Shown: positions 11,855 to 23,147 of the stretch, piece by piece
How the letters are laid out: each line of letters opens with the position of its first letter
Position numbering within the stretch: position 1 is the stretch's first letter
From: Eukaryota sp. GEM-RC1
Taxonomy: Eukaryota
Length of the DNA: 64,000 nucleotides
Direction of reading: 5' to 3'
Assembly: GCA_040285855.1 (NCBI GenBank)
Contig: JAUFOQ010000016.1
Span: forward strand, 1,054,001-1,118,000
The notes under the pieces: generated by a model
What the model was told of the DNA's origin: nothing
What the model saw: the letters and a program-made list of their open reading frames with translations, nothing else
Database searches by the model: none
Made by a program: the position numbers and the translations under genes

Positions 11855-12036
11855 TAGGGATGGCAGAAAAACCAATGGTTCTGGTTAAACCAATGGATAG
11901 GATTGGTTTGGTCTGGTGTGGTTCTAAAATCCGGAACCATCATGGTTTTGGTTCTGGTTTGGTCCCAACTGCAAAAATCAGGATCAAACCAGAACCAAAC
12001 CAGAACCATGATGACTTCAGCATATCTAACACCCTA
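11855..12036. mobile_element. Degenerate hAT-like MITE
   Basis: TAGGG...CCCTA ends and inverted GGTTCTGGTT/AACCAGAACC subterminal repeats. No TSD found. Confidence 0.55.
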
Positions 12037-12149
12037 AAAGAACCTACAAACAGAAGTGTTTGAAACTTCATTTTTATTAATATATGTATACTAAAGTAGT
12101 TGTTTACGCTTTCACAATAGATCAACTATCAATCGTTATCCTGTGTTAT

Positions 12150-13185
12150 GGGAAACAAAAGATTTTTTACTTCACTCACCTTGTGCATGGTTAATTAGTC
12201 TTCAAAATTTAATTGATAGTCTTGACTGTAATTTGTGGTCAGATTTATTTCCTGTTGGGGTAACAGAAATTCAGCAGAGAAGCATTTTCTCTCTGCCTTT
12301 GTGTGTTCGCAAGTTACAGAAGAAGTTTGTTTTGTTTCACGAAAGCTTGGACTTTAAAAACTGTATTAGCTTGGCTTAGACTAAGAGTCCCGCTTTTTGT
12401 GCTTTTTTTGAATGATAGCTTGAGCGCTGCGTCTTCATTTGTTTCTCGTTTGCCAAAAAAATTTTGTTTTAATCTTAAGGATCATGAATGGCTTATAAAC
12501 ATGAGACTTATGTTAGGTTTATGGCCTTCGGGTCTTTTGAAGCATTCTCCATGTCTTTGTGGTCGTTCAAAGGCTTCAAATTTTCATCATTTAGTTAACT
12601 GTCATCAATTTATTCATTTTCGATCAATTATTCACAACAGTATCCGGGATACATGTTTGTTTATGTTTAAGGCTAATGGTTTTCATGGAAAAATTGAACC
12701 TTTACTTGCTAATCTTTCTGATCAGCCAAAAGTTGATAGAAGTCGTTGTGATTTGATTGGTCCTTGGTTATCTTGTCAGGAAATTATCATGGATTTCACG
12801 ACTGTTGATCCTTGTAATTCAAGATCAATTTCCAAAAATTTTTGATGATGATTTTTCTGCTCTTGAAGTGGCTGGAAAAGGAAAAAATACAAAGTACTGT
12901 CACTTAATTAACCAATTGAATGTTGACAGGTACAATTCTTTTGTGTTTCAACATTTTGCGATGTCGATTTTCGGTAATATTGGACCAGCTGCACAAGGTT
13001 TTTTAACTTCCTTTGGTAAATTGTGTTCTGAGTATGGTAAAGTTTTCAATGAAAATTTTTGGCTGAGTAGGTTAACGTTTGCATTGTTTCGTTCAATGCA
13101 CAGATATTATAATTTAATTTTAGGTAAGTTGTTCGGTGATGGACAGAAGGATCATAGTTTAGATACTTTAGTTAGTGTCTGTTAG
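12150..13185 (+). mobile_element. 5'-truncated RLE non-LTR retrotransposon (CCHC finger + restriction-like endonuclease), frameshifted
   Basis: CLCG..FHHLVNC, IHNSIRD, IEP, RCD, MDFTTVD, KNTKY, FAMSIFG. Confidence 0.9.
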
Positions 13186-13339
13186 TTATTAACTACTGCA
13201 AATGCATTTATTTCACAGACTGATCATAAACCCCTTTTTTTGGTTACAAGTCCCAAGCGTTTGACTTTGATATTTCATTCCACAACAATTAGAGAGATGT
13301 TTATTCGGCACCCAATAAGGTAACCTTCCTACAAACTAT

Positions 13340-16300
13340 GAAATTGTAAAAACAAACAAATTATTCTAAGAGTAAATCCAAACGACTTCATCACCACCCG
13401 GTAAAAGATTACGTTTATCAACATTAACCTTCACACCAAACTTGTACAATTTCTCAATTAATCTAGAGAAATAGAAAGGCATATTCCGATATATGGAAAA
13501 CACTATACGGTTTTTCCATTCAGCCATTCTAAACTTACGCTTCTTTTCTTTACACAATTCTTCGAAATCCTTGAAAAATTGATCACCAGCAGGACTAATA
13601 GATCCAAAAAGAGAAACAGCAAAAGGTTGAAACACAAAATTGGAATATGAGTTTCTATTTAATTCTTCTACTTGAGAGTCATACTTGGAGTGTTTGAGCT
13701 TTTCAGCTGTTGTTAATGGATTAAAAGAAGAATCTAATATCCTACTAACACAAGATTTGTTACATACATCTACTGTAGTAAAATCCATTAATGATTGACT
13801 CGATTTAAGCCACGGAGTATGTAGATCCCCTCTTTTTGATCAGTAAATTCATTTTCTGAAAGATGATTCAAAACTGGTTCAACTTTAGAGTGAAAACCAT
13901 GTGCTTTAAACATGGAATAACAAGAATCACGTACACCATCATGAATTACTGCACGGAGATGAATAAAATAACGACAATTAATTAAATGACGAAAAACACC
14001 ATTAGCTCCACAAGAGCACGTTGAATAGTTTAATAAATTTGCAGGCCAAATAGCCAAACGAAGACGCATATTGATCATCCAAGCTTCATCAGATAGATGT
14101 AATCCATACACCTTTGGAATTTGAGAAATAAATCCAGAAGGTCAACTATTACAAAGATCAATTAAAAAAGCAGCGAACTCGGGACTATTAGTTTTAGCCA
14201 AGCTAATACGATTATTAAAGTCCAAGAGTTCAAACTCCTTGTCAATTTATTTTGCAGCTTACATACAGCAGATGGTAGAGATGAAATATTTTTAAAGGAG
14301 TCTCCTTCAAATGAACAGGGAACAAAGATTCCCACATTTCAGGAGACAAAGATGATACCAAATCTTTAGCAGATTGAATCAAACGGCAATTACTGGAATT
14401 CAACAGATTGATTCCATCCAAGGGAAACCGTTTCAAAAATTCAAACATAAAATTCTTAACACCTCCTAAAAGAGCAGATTTTCTAATGATTTTTGCATGG
14501 GTGAAACCTACTCCTGCGAATTCAGAAGAATAAAAGGCATGAAATGGAATCTTAGACTCATCAATTTCAGCCAAGTTAGAGAGAAAATTTGTTCTAATAG
14601 AATTAAATTTCTTGGCAAATGTTTCAGTAATGGAATAGTCTAATGAACGTAAAAAATGATTAATTTTTCCAGAAAAACAGACCTGAAGCATAGCAAAGGA
14701 AACATGTTTGCTCACATCTAAAGATAATATTTGATTTAGTTTTTCTTCAATTGTAGTTAATGAACTCTCCAATTCTGAATGAATTTTCTCATAATTTCCC
14801 AAAAACGTGCCAAGGAAACGAAAACATTGAGTAGAATAATCAATGATAGTAATATTACAAAAACCAAGATTAGAAACATTCGAAGACTTAACAACAAGAA
14901 AACACTTATCAATATTGATTGTTAAACCAATACTCAAAGAAAGTTCGATGAAACGTGAAAAACACTTTTTGAGAACGTCAACTGGAGCGATCAGCGAAGA
15001 ATCATCAGCATAAGCACAAATTTTAACAGTTGGAAATTCTAATTGTAAGATTTTAAATAATTTTTGGAGAGCGAGACAAAACAAAAAAGGACCCAAAGGA
15101 TCACCTTGCTTAACCCCTCTAGTTGATTTAATATCAAACTTGTCATAAATTAAATTCGACGCTTTACCATAAAAAATATTAAAATAGGGAATCAACTGAG
15201 GAAAAAATTTAGAAAGTTCGTCAGATATAGTTGATCTTAAAACACAATTAAATGCATTTTTAAAATCAATGTTCAAAATGGCATTTTCCTCATTTGAATG
15301 AAAAAGAAAATCAGAGGTTAAAGCAGCACACGTAGTACCATCAGGAACTCCAACTGCAAATTGAAACCGTCTAAAGAATTCAACAGAGGAATCTCTGACT
15401 CTCCTAAAGCACAAAGTTGAAAAAATACGAGAAATTGTTTCACCCACTGCAATTGGTCTCACACCTCCATTTGGTTTGTTTAAAGCCACTAATCTAGAAG
15501 AGCAAAGAGCATGAGGTAATTTCTTTGTGCCTAATAAAACTTCATTAAAGAAAACAGCAAGATCTTCACAAATTTCAGGAACAGCATTAACGGCAATTTT
15601 AAAATGATCAAAACTCATACCAGAAGGACCAGCAGCACGACCAGACGGGGATGACGAAATTAATTGTAAAATTTCATCAACTAAAACAGGTTTGTTAGTC
15701 CAGTACGACATGGAAAGCTCACCAAAAACCGGATTGCCTGAAAATTCTTCAACAGGGTGTAATTTTTTCAGTTTTTCAACAGTTTCAACAGAAACTTCAG
15801 CTGGAAGTGTGTGATTAAGGGAGGACAAAGCAGAAGAAAACTGACCTCGTAAAACAAGACTTTGAAATCTTTTGGCCATAAACTTATCACTAACTTGAGA
15901 CTTAAGAACAGGTTTAATTTTTCTATTGGATTTCTTAACAATTGACAACATATATCGCCAAAAGGTGCGGGATTCCAAATTCCACCACGTAAAATTTGTG
16001 GCACACTTCTAAGAGCAGTCCCGACATTAACGGCCGCCATTGGAGATATCATGATAGGAATTCTAAATTGTGGACGATATACATCAATAGGTGAACAATC
16101 AAAACACACAAGAAGTGGACGATTGGATTTATTTTTCCCAGAAACAGATTTAGCACAAAAAAGACAGGTCAATGAAATTGATTAATTAATTTTAGGCTCA
16201 CAAACAGTCTCTTGGAAATCAAGAACAGACTGTTTAGACTCAACAGACAAAACAACTTCGGCAATCTTGCCATCATCTGAAGCAGACTTCCTAGTAGGGC

Positions 16301-17048
16301 AGTTACGTTTATCATGACCACCCAGTTTGCACACACCACACTTTCTACTAGACTCATGCATCGATTCAGCAACAACTGGCCGAGAAATACAAGTATTATC
16401 TGACGATGTAAGACCAACCAAAGGAATACAAGCAGAAAAATTCGGAGCAATTGCCTCATTCAAAACATTCTGAACTAATGGACTTATAGAAGAGGAAGAT
16501 TTAACAGAAAAAGTAGCTGTACTTCCATCAAAAACAGAAGATACAACCTTAGAAGGAGGAGAAATAGAACGAAGAGAAAAAGATTGATTGGATGAAGAAA
16601 AAGTAGCTGTACTTCCATCAAAAACAGAAGATACAACCTTAGAAGGAGGAGAAATAGAACGAAGAGAAGAAGATTGATTGGATGAAGAAAAAGAAGAAAA
16701 AGACGGGTTTCGAGCTAAGTACTTAAGAGAAGAGACAGAAAAACTTCCATCAAAGACAGAAGAAACAGCTTTAAGAGGAGAAGAAGCAGAACAAACCGAA
16801 GAAGGTTGGTTGGAGGCAAAGACAGAAGAATGAGATGATTTACGAACTAAACGATTTGAAAGCCGAGCATACCCCCGAACAGGAGCAGCAAGAGGAGGAG
16901 TAGTAATAGAGGAAGAAGAAGTACCTGCCAGTTTTTAGCCAGATGTTATGGTAATTTGGACTTACCCTTCACAACACCAGAGTCAGAAGACTCACGGTTA
17001 GAGAAGAGAAAGTCTGCCAGACAATCTGGCAGATTTTCTTAAAGACAT
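13340..17048 (-). mobile_element. Near-full-length CRE-like (RLE-clade) non-LTR retrotransposon, degenerate
   Basis: Order: Ser-rich N-terminus, zinc knuckle CGVCKLGGHDKRNC, reverse transcriptase (RT: GPSG, RPIAVGE, IDFKNAFN, GVKQGDPLGP, YADD, FLG), CCHC finger (CSCG..HLINC), HDGVRD, DFTTVD, KHSKY, PFAVSLFG. It contains in-frame stops (e.g. 16182) and several frameshifts. Confidence 0.93.
16506..16693 (-). repeat. 90-bp tandem repeat (~2.1 copies) inside the retroelement 5' ORF
   Basis: Near-identical 90-nt units encoding SSNQS(S/F)SLRSISPPSKVVSSVFDGSTATF. Confidence 0.95.
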
Positions 17049-17179
17049 GAAGGCAAAAAAAAGAAAAAACAATTATGATACTGAAGTTTGTGATTGGCAA
17101 TTTTGATACATCTTTTGCCACACTCAGAACACCTGTAGCTAAACAGCTCCTGTATTCTGTAAAATGGGCAAAGCAAAAA

Positions 17180-17251
17180 TTCGCATACCGGGAATCGAAC
17201 CCGGGTCTAATATGTGAAAGACATTAATGCTAACCACTACACCATATGCGA
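17180..17251 (-). tRNA. tRNA-Glu(UUC)
   Basis: Cloverleaf TCGCATA...TATGCGA-A, anticodon arm AATGT-CTTTCAC-ATATT, GGTTCGATTCC T-arm, T5 terminator. Confidence 0.95.
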
Positions 17252-17797
17252 TTGATGAATTTTGATACCGGAACTTCATCAATACAGTGGTAAGTACATT
17301 GCATTATTGTGTATTAAGTAGGTTCTTTCACCCAAACCAATAAAAACGCCGTTGGTCTAATCTCCCTGGATAGTAATCGCCTAGTATTGGGGTAGCTAGA
17401 CTATATACATGTATTTGTATTTCCTTTCAGTAGCACAAACATACTGCTAGTACGGACACATATAATCCTGTGAAAATTTAGTTCTGAATGTCGTATTGGA
17501 TAACAAGACGGGTCAGCTTATATGTGCTTATAGTTATTTCTAGCAAAGTGAATCGAAATTTGTCTTTGAATTTGTTTTTTTAAATACTACTAAAATGGGT
17601 GATGAAAAGGAAAGAACTGAAGTATGATCACAAAGATTGTTCAAATCACTGGTCATCGCATTTTCTAATCAATGGAACCATTGCTCTCATTTAGCCTACC
17701 ATTTTTCTTCCTTATCAGTTACGATAAGGAAACTACTGTAATACGATCATATGGTACAATAGCAGCAATAAAGCTTATACATTCGTTCATTAGACCC

Positions 17798-18421
17798 CAG
17801 GGCTCCTCATAAATAAATATAAATTCTATTTATTTCTATTTATTTCTATTTATATTTATTTTTGAGCCTTTTTGGCGATCATGCAAATAAAACATAATAA
17901 AACAAAATATAGATAAATATAAATAAAATCTCTTTCGTTTATCCATACACTTGAGGTCCTTTATACTCAATCTAAGTGCAAAACTCTCTTTTAGATCATA
18001 GTCAAAATGAACGTGTGCCAACTGGTCCTGTCAGAATCATCAACATTAACGAAAATTGTGCTCATTTCAATTAAACTATCAAAATGTCTTACAACGGATT
18101 AGTAGATGTTGATGAAGCGGTTTTCTCATCCAATCCATCTATTCTTTAGGAGTGAACGATAGAAACTTTATAGCAACTCCAATGCTGATTGATCTTCATG
18201 GGTCTCGATGAAATGACAATATTGGATCAAACATAAGAAGAAAAAGGTCATTTAGACGAGCCAATGAACTGGTTTATGTTACAATGACTTGATCTAAGAC
18301 TTGTATAATAATATTTTGCTTATATTTGTGTTTTATTTTGTTTTAATTATATTTATTTCACATTTATTTTTGGCACTTTTTGATGTTCAAATTATTTTAA
18401 ATTATCTTATGAGAGGGCCTG
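17798..18421. mobile_element. hAT-type MITE, 624 bp
   Basis: Imperfect TIRs CAGGGCTCCTCATAA / TTATGAGAGGGCCTG and perfect 8-bp TSD TTAGACCC. A solo left end of the same family lies at ~11068-11101. Confidence 0.88.
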
Positions 18422-18549
18422 TTAGACCCACGATCTCTTTCCCTCGATATACTGACAGTATTTAGTAAATAGACCGGTTTTCAACAATGAAGATAATTAA
18501 ATTTATAAAATAATAATACATATACTAGCCAAAAATACTAAAATTTCAT

Positions 18550-21075
18550 TTAAAAATTGAATTCAAATCCCCACACTTCAATAACTTCTGGTACAAAATC
18601 CCGAACGCCAGCCAAATAACTAGAACATTCAGAAGAATTTGGATCTAACCCAATTCCATAAGAGTTCTCAATCTGAGAAGAACACTTCTGGAAATCATTC
18701 TCCAAAACAAGGTCAGTATTTCCAAAAGCAATACAATTAGGAGAACCAAACAGACATCTACTTTGTTTGCCTTTACCATGATACGGTATCTTGGAATCCT
18801 TAGTAACTGAGAACAAGAAACACTTTGGAGTTCCAAATCTAGTTTGATTGACATTCCAAGGAGAACCAGCATATCCTCCAAAAACATTGTCACCATACTT
18901 AATTAGAACAACTGTTGGCCCATTGGAGTCACATAATGCATGTAAAGTAGTTAATGAACGGTGATGAGTGTAGGTAGAGTAAAACTTTCTAGTTGAGGGT
19001 TGATCATGGAAAGGAAGGGAATAATAGAGATCACGTTTTTGTTGATCACTTGTTAAAATTTTAGAATCTTCAAAAGGAGTTTCTGAAGTGAGCTTCATTC
19101 CAGTTGATTTTAATTCTGAGATTTTCTTTTGAGCCTCACGTGAAAGAGATTGTTGAGAAGGTAGCACAAAGGAAGACACATCCATCCTCGAATCAGTAAG
19201 ATGGCTTACAGATTGATTGCCTCCACCATCCTCTGGTCTAACTTCAACAGAAGGCAAAACAAATGAAGACACATCCTGATGTCTAACTTCTACTTCTTCA
19301 TCAGAAACTTGTTCATTGGGAGGCAGAGGAGGTTCAAGAGTCGGGTGGGGCAATGTGTCCGACTTGACACGACTTAGATGACTTCTCCAGATTTCTTGGG
19401 GTTTTGAACTCTTTACAACTGTTGATGGCGTTGGTTTGGGAGAGGGGAAAGAAGAAAACGATTGATTGAGATTAACAGACGATGGATCTCCTAGACCAGT
19501 AGAAGCAGGGAAACCCGAAAAGGAGCTCAACTGAGGTGTATTGATTGGAGGTGATGGTTCATTGAGTGTTGAACTAACCTGTCCTGGAGTTGACGTGATA
19601 GGGTTCAAAAATCCAGCCATTTTTGACCCTTTTAGAAGTTGAGCACGTAGGTTAGATGAAGGTCCAGGGGAAAACGAAGCAAATTCATTGGTTTCCTTTG
19701 GAGCTCCATCAGATGACGTGACATTGATTGCTCCAACCAAAGCCAAATCAGGAAAGACATCAATCTCCGTTCTCAAAACAGGTGATCGAGTCAACTCATC
19801 ACGAATAACCCGATGATGACCAAAAGCCTTTAGAAACTCAGTTGGAGGAAGATAGGACTGAGCCTGTTGAATGAAGGTCTCTCTGGCCTCTACTTCTGCC
19901 AGCTGTCTACGTACTTCCAATGCTTCACTTAGAACAACAGTATTCTTAAAGTCTAATGCTAATTTTAAGTTATCAAGGGCCTGTTGTAATACAGTATAGA
20001 TCACTTCCTCAACATTTCTACCATTCTGTTCAACTTCACGTCTTCTCTCCTCCAACTTACGTAGTTGGTTTCGGAGTGAATGCTTTCGATTATCTAGTAA
20101 GGGAAGATCAGAACCACGACAGGAATCAACGGCCTGCTTGTAAGCGTCTGTGATAGGAACTAGCTTATGAGCTGCAGCTTCACCAGAAGCATGAGATCCA
20201 ATCATTTTACAATGAACACATATAGGTTCAAAACAGACTGGACAAAAGAACTCTAAGGGCATATCAGGATGCTTTAGACACGTGCCAAAACCCTGTGGTT
20301 GTTCCTTGACTGGAACTCGATGATGACGTGATACGATTTTGTTAGCGGAGTGGACTTGCTGATCACAAGAGGAGCATAGACGGGCATCGTCGTGATGACA
20401 GAAGACAACTGCAGGTCGAGCTTCACAGACATCACATATCAATTCTGGAGTGCGACCAATTTGAGAAGGATCAAACTCAAACTGAACAAGGTAGCAAGGG
20501 ACAACGTGATCAGAGTCGTGGATGAGGTAATCACAGATCAGTTCACGTTGGAGGTCTTCGAAACGAGTAGGTATGTCTTTCCAGGCATCAATGGAAGAGA
20601 CAGTTGAGAGATCACCATAGGATTGAGAAGGGAAGAGGATGGAGTCATAACCAGGAGGGATTTGCTGAACAGAGGAGTCTTTGGCAACGAAAGCACGTCC
20701 TACCGTGACGCGACAAAGCAGGAACTCGTATCGCTTGGTACCAGAATATGATGGTAGATTGAGACCCCCTGTAGTAAAGCGAAGACCTTGGGGAGGAAAG
20801 GAGAAGCCACGGTGTAAGACATCGTTTACGTTATTGTTATCTGCAAGAAGAGAAGTGTCAACCCAGGAATCAAGTTGAAGTTTGCCCTCGTTACGTTTCT
20901 CGAATTTTGCAGCCAATTGGGGACTGGAGACATTGAACAGTTTCAATATATTGGCGGAAAAAGAGCGTAAACCAGAACTAAGACGGTATTGAACATTGTG
21001 GAATTCATCAGAGGTTCGTGTTACTTGAGGTTGTTGAAAGTCAGTAATAGTAGACCGCCTAACTGGAGAAAACAT
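18550..21075 (-). CDS. Tandem B-box, coiled-coil and C-terminal TLDc domain protein
   Basis: CDVCEARPAVVFCHHDDARLCSSCD (B-box), CLKH...FFCPVCFEPICVHC, and TLDc (GPTVVLIK..VFGGY..PW..CFLFS..IEVWG). First ATG at 21075. Confidence 0.85.
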   Translation of the reverse strand: MFSPVRRSTITDFQQPQVTRTSDEFHNVQYRLSSGLRSFSANILKLFNVSSPQLAAKFEKRNEGKLQLDSWVDTSLLADNNNVNDVLHRGFSFPPQGLRFTTGGLNLPSYSGTKRYEFLLCRVTVGRAFVAKDSSVQQIPPGYDSILFPSQSYGDLSTVSSIDAWKDIPTRFEDLQRELICDYLIHDSDHVVPCYLVQFEFDPSQIGRTPELICDVCEARPAVVFCHHDDARLCSSCDQQVHSANKIVSRHHRVPVKEQPQGFGTCLKHPDMPLEFFCPVCFEPICVHCKMIGSHASGEAAAHKLVPITDAYKQAVDSCRGSDLPLLDNRKHSLRNQLRKLEERRREVEQNGRNVEEVIYTVLQQALDNLKLALDFKNTVVLSEALEVRRQLAEVEARETFIQQAQSYLPPTEFLKAFGHHRVIRDELTRSPVLRTEIDVFPDLALVGAINVTSSDGAPKETNEFASFSPGPSSNLRAQLLKGSKMAGFLNPITSTPGQVSSTLNEPSPPINTPQLSSFSGFPASTGLGDPSSVNLNQSFSSFPSPKPTPSTVVKSSKPQEIWRSHLSRVKSDTLPHPTLEPPLPPNEQVSDEEVEVRHQDVSSFVLPSVEVRPEDGGGNQSVSHLTDSRMDVSSFVLPSQQSLSREAQKKISELKSTGMKLTSETPFEDSKILTSDQQKRDLYYSLPFHDQPSTRKFYSTYTHHRSLTTLHALCDSNGPTVVLIKYGDNVFGGYAGSPWNVNQTRFGTPKCFLFSVTKDSKIPYHGKGKQSRCLFGSPNCIAFGNTDLVLENDFQKCSSQIENSYGIGLDPNSSECSSYLAGVRDFVPEVIEVWGFEFNF

Positions 21076-21125
21076 AGGGCGGAATTCTTGGAGAGATTCT
21101 TCTACGAATTTCAAGTCAATTTCCA

Positions 21126-23099
21126 ATGACAGAACATGTCAATTTATCAGCACAAGAAGATACTGTCGGAATAACTGGTTTCACTACTTCCTCTAAAGGC
21201 TTTGAATGTGTTCTTCGTGCAAGATATAGTGACTTCATTGTTGAAGAGTTGTTTGATCATAAACCAGTTTCAATTACCCCACTTCCTGCCTTAGATGAAC
21301 GTACATCTACTGTGGATTATGACAAATTCGGTTTAGAATATGGTTCTTCTGAAGCTGCTGAACAAGCCAAATCTTTCTGTCAATCAGTAATAGACTCCAC
21401 CAATGACAACGTCTCTATTGTTCTGCCTCCTACAGAACAAGAACTCGCCACTCTTCTTGATCCCTCACTTACTCCCTCCTACAACGAAAAAGACCTCCGC
21501 AGAGCCCAACACAATGCCATCAGATCATTCCTTCCTGATTGTGTCTCTTCTGATACCATCAATGACGTTGATTTCCCAACTGCCAGTGGTACTGTTAAGC
21601 GTAAAGCCATCAGACTCTTCTCCAAATCAGCCCTGGAAAAGAAGAAGCCATTTGAAAAGAAGAGAAAGGGGCCTCGTTTTGATAGAAGAACCACTGTGTG
21701 GCCCACTGATCGTAACTCTCATCTTCGATTTACTTTGATTAAAGAGAATACAGACACTTTGAATACTCTTAGAATCCTGGCTAAGTTTATAGGAGTGTCA
21801 CCGAAGATATTTAAAATTTCTGGAATCAAGGATAAAAGAGCAGTGACTGCTCAGTATGTTACTGGGTTTAAACTGCCAAAAGAAACCTTGATTAAAGCAA
21901 ATACTATGCGTAACATTAGAGTTTCTAATTTTAGTTACGTCAAGGATTCTTTGGAGTTGGGGAAGCACTCTGGAAATCGATTTACTTTGATTCTAAGGAA
22001 TCTGCAAGCTAAAGACAGTACTGATATCGAAGAGATTGTTAATGATGCAGTTGAACAAGTTAAAGAAAAAGGTTTTATCAATTATTTTGGTTTGCAGCGA
22101 TTTGGAACAACTGCTGTTCAGACTCAAGTTCTTGGTGGATTGTTGTTGAGTGGAAATTATTTAAAATTCTTGAAGTATTTTGTGTGTGCGGAATCTCCGT
22201 ATGATACAGATGAAACTAAACGAGCTCGACTTTTGTTTAACGATTTTGAAAATAATGTGGAAAATTTAAAACTTGTTCTTTCCGCCTTCCAAAAATCTAG
22301 AAACGTTCATCGCAATGCTTATGAATTAGAGACCAAAGTTCTTTCTAAGTTAAAAGACACTCCAACTGACCTTTTCGGTGCTGTACTCGCTCTTGGTAAA
22401 GGTTTATTCCAACTTTATATTCATGCCTTCCAGTCGCTGATATTCAACAAATTAGCCACTTTTAGGTTAGAAACATTTGGTGACGTGCCTGTAGTTGGTG
22501 ATTTTGTTTTGGAATCTGGTGATGTGATTGACCGTGATGAAGCTGTTGATTGCGGAGATGACGATGTGGTCAATGAAAGTCAGATTTCGTCCATACCCAA
22601 GATTAAAGTTCTTACTGCTGAGGATCTTGATAAGTACACCATTGCTGACGTAGTTTTACCACTTGTAGGGGAGGACAGTCTGATTCCTGAACATTTGAAG
22701 CAAATCGTCCATCAAATATTTGAAGAATTTTCAATTTCTTTAGATTTTTCTTCTACTAACCCACTATTGATTCCCAGAGGATCTTATAGAAAAGTCATTG
22801 TCACTCCAAAGATTCATAATCACAAAATTGTCAAGTTTTCAAACCAAACTGATGTTTTAGTTTCCTCACCAATGAACGAATTTAAAATATTGACTGGTGA
22901 GAATTCCGAAGAAGTCGTTGATGGAACAGAAGGCCCTCACGTTGGTCTCGTGATCTCTTTTGACCTTCCTTCTTCTTCTTACGCAACAATGTTCATTAGA
23001 GAACTCTCTAAGCAAAGCAGCCACAGACAAGAACAGGTGAGAATTGAAAGAAAGAATACTAGAGGGGGAGATGATATAGTGGATGTCAAGAGGGGATAG
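21126..23099 (+). CDS. PUS7: Pseudouridine synthase, TruD/PUS7 family
   Basis: RYSDFIVEE, SGIKDKRAVTAQ, GNRFTLILR, GFINYFGLQRFG, YIHAFQSLIFN, FDLPSSSYATMFIRE. Confidence 0.95.
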   Translation: MTEHVNLSAQEDTVGITGFTTSSKGFECVLRARYSDFIVEELFDHKPVSITPLPALDERTSTVDYDKFGLEYGSSEAAEQAKSFCQSVIDSTNDNVSIVLPPTEQELATLLDPSLTPSYNEKDLRRAQHNAIRSFLPDCVSSDTINDVDFPTASGTVKRKAIRLFSKSALEKKKPFEKKRKGPRFDRRTTVWPTDRNSHLRFTLIKENTDTLNTLRILAKFIGVSPKIFKISGIKDKRAVTAQYVTGFKLPKETLIKANTMRNIRVSNFSYVKDSLELGKHSGNRFTLILRNLQAKDSTDIEEIVNDAVEQVKEKGFINYFGLQRFGTTAVQTQVLGGLLLSGNYLKFLKYFVCAESPYDTDETKRARLLFNDFENNVENLKLVLSAFQKSRNVHRNAYELETKVLSKLKDTPTDLFGAVLALGKGLFQLYIHAFQSLIFNKLATFRLETFGDVPVVGDFVLESGDVIDRDEAVDCGDDDVVNESQISSIPKIKVLTAEDLDKYTIADVVLPLVGEDSLIPEHLKQIVHQIFEEFSISLDFSSTNPLLIPRGSYRKVIVTPKIHNHKIVKFSNQTDVLVSSPMNEFKILTGENSEEVVDGTEGPHVGLVISFDLPSSSYATMFIRELSKQSSHRQEQVRIERKNTRGGDDIVDVKRG

Positions 23100-23147
23100 G
23101 CTTTTAGTTTGTTTTAGATTAATTTATTTTACATGCGAATTGTTTTA

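Noticed and set aside
14242..15978. Bacterial retron, group II intron or DGR reverse transcriptase
   Set aside because: The RT is followed by a CCHC finger and restriction-like endonuclease and has many 5'-truncated relatives, which indicates a non-LTR retrotransposon.
16182..16184. Stop-codon reassignment or read-through suggested by in-frame stops in the retroelement
   Set aside because: Host genes end in TAA, TAG and TGA and have no internal stops after splicing. The element is decayed.
21121..21128. Overlapping start codons of the B-box/TLDc gene and PUS7, as drawn in the ORF track
   Set aside because: The minus-strand start is a TTG. The first ATG is at 21075.
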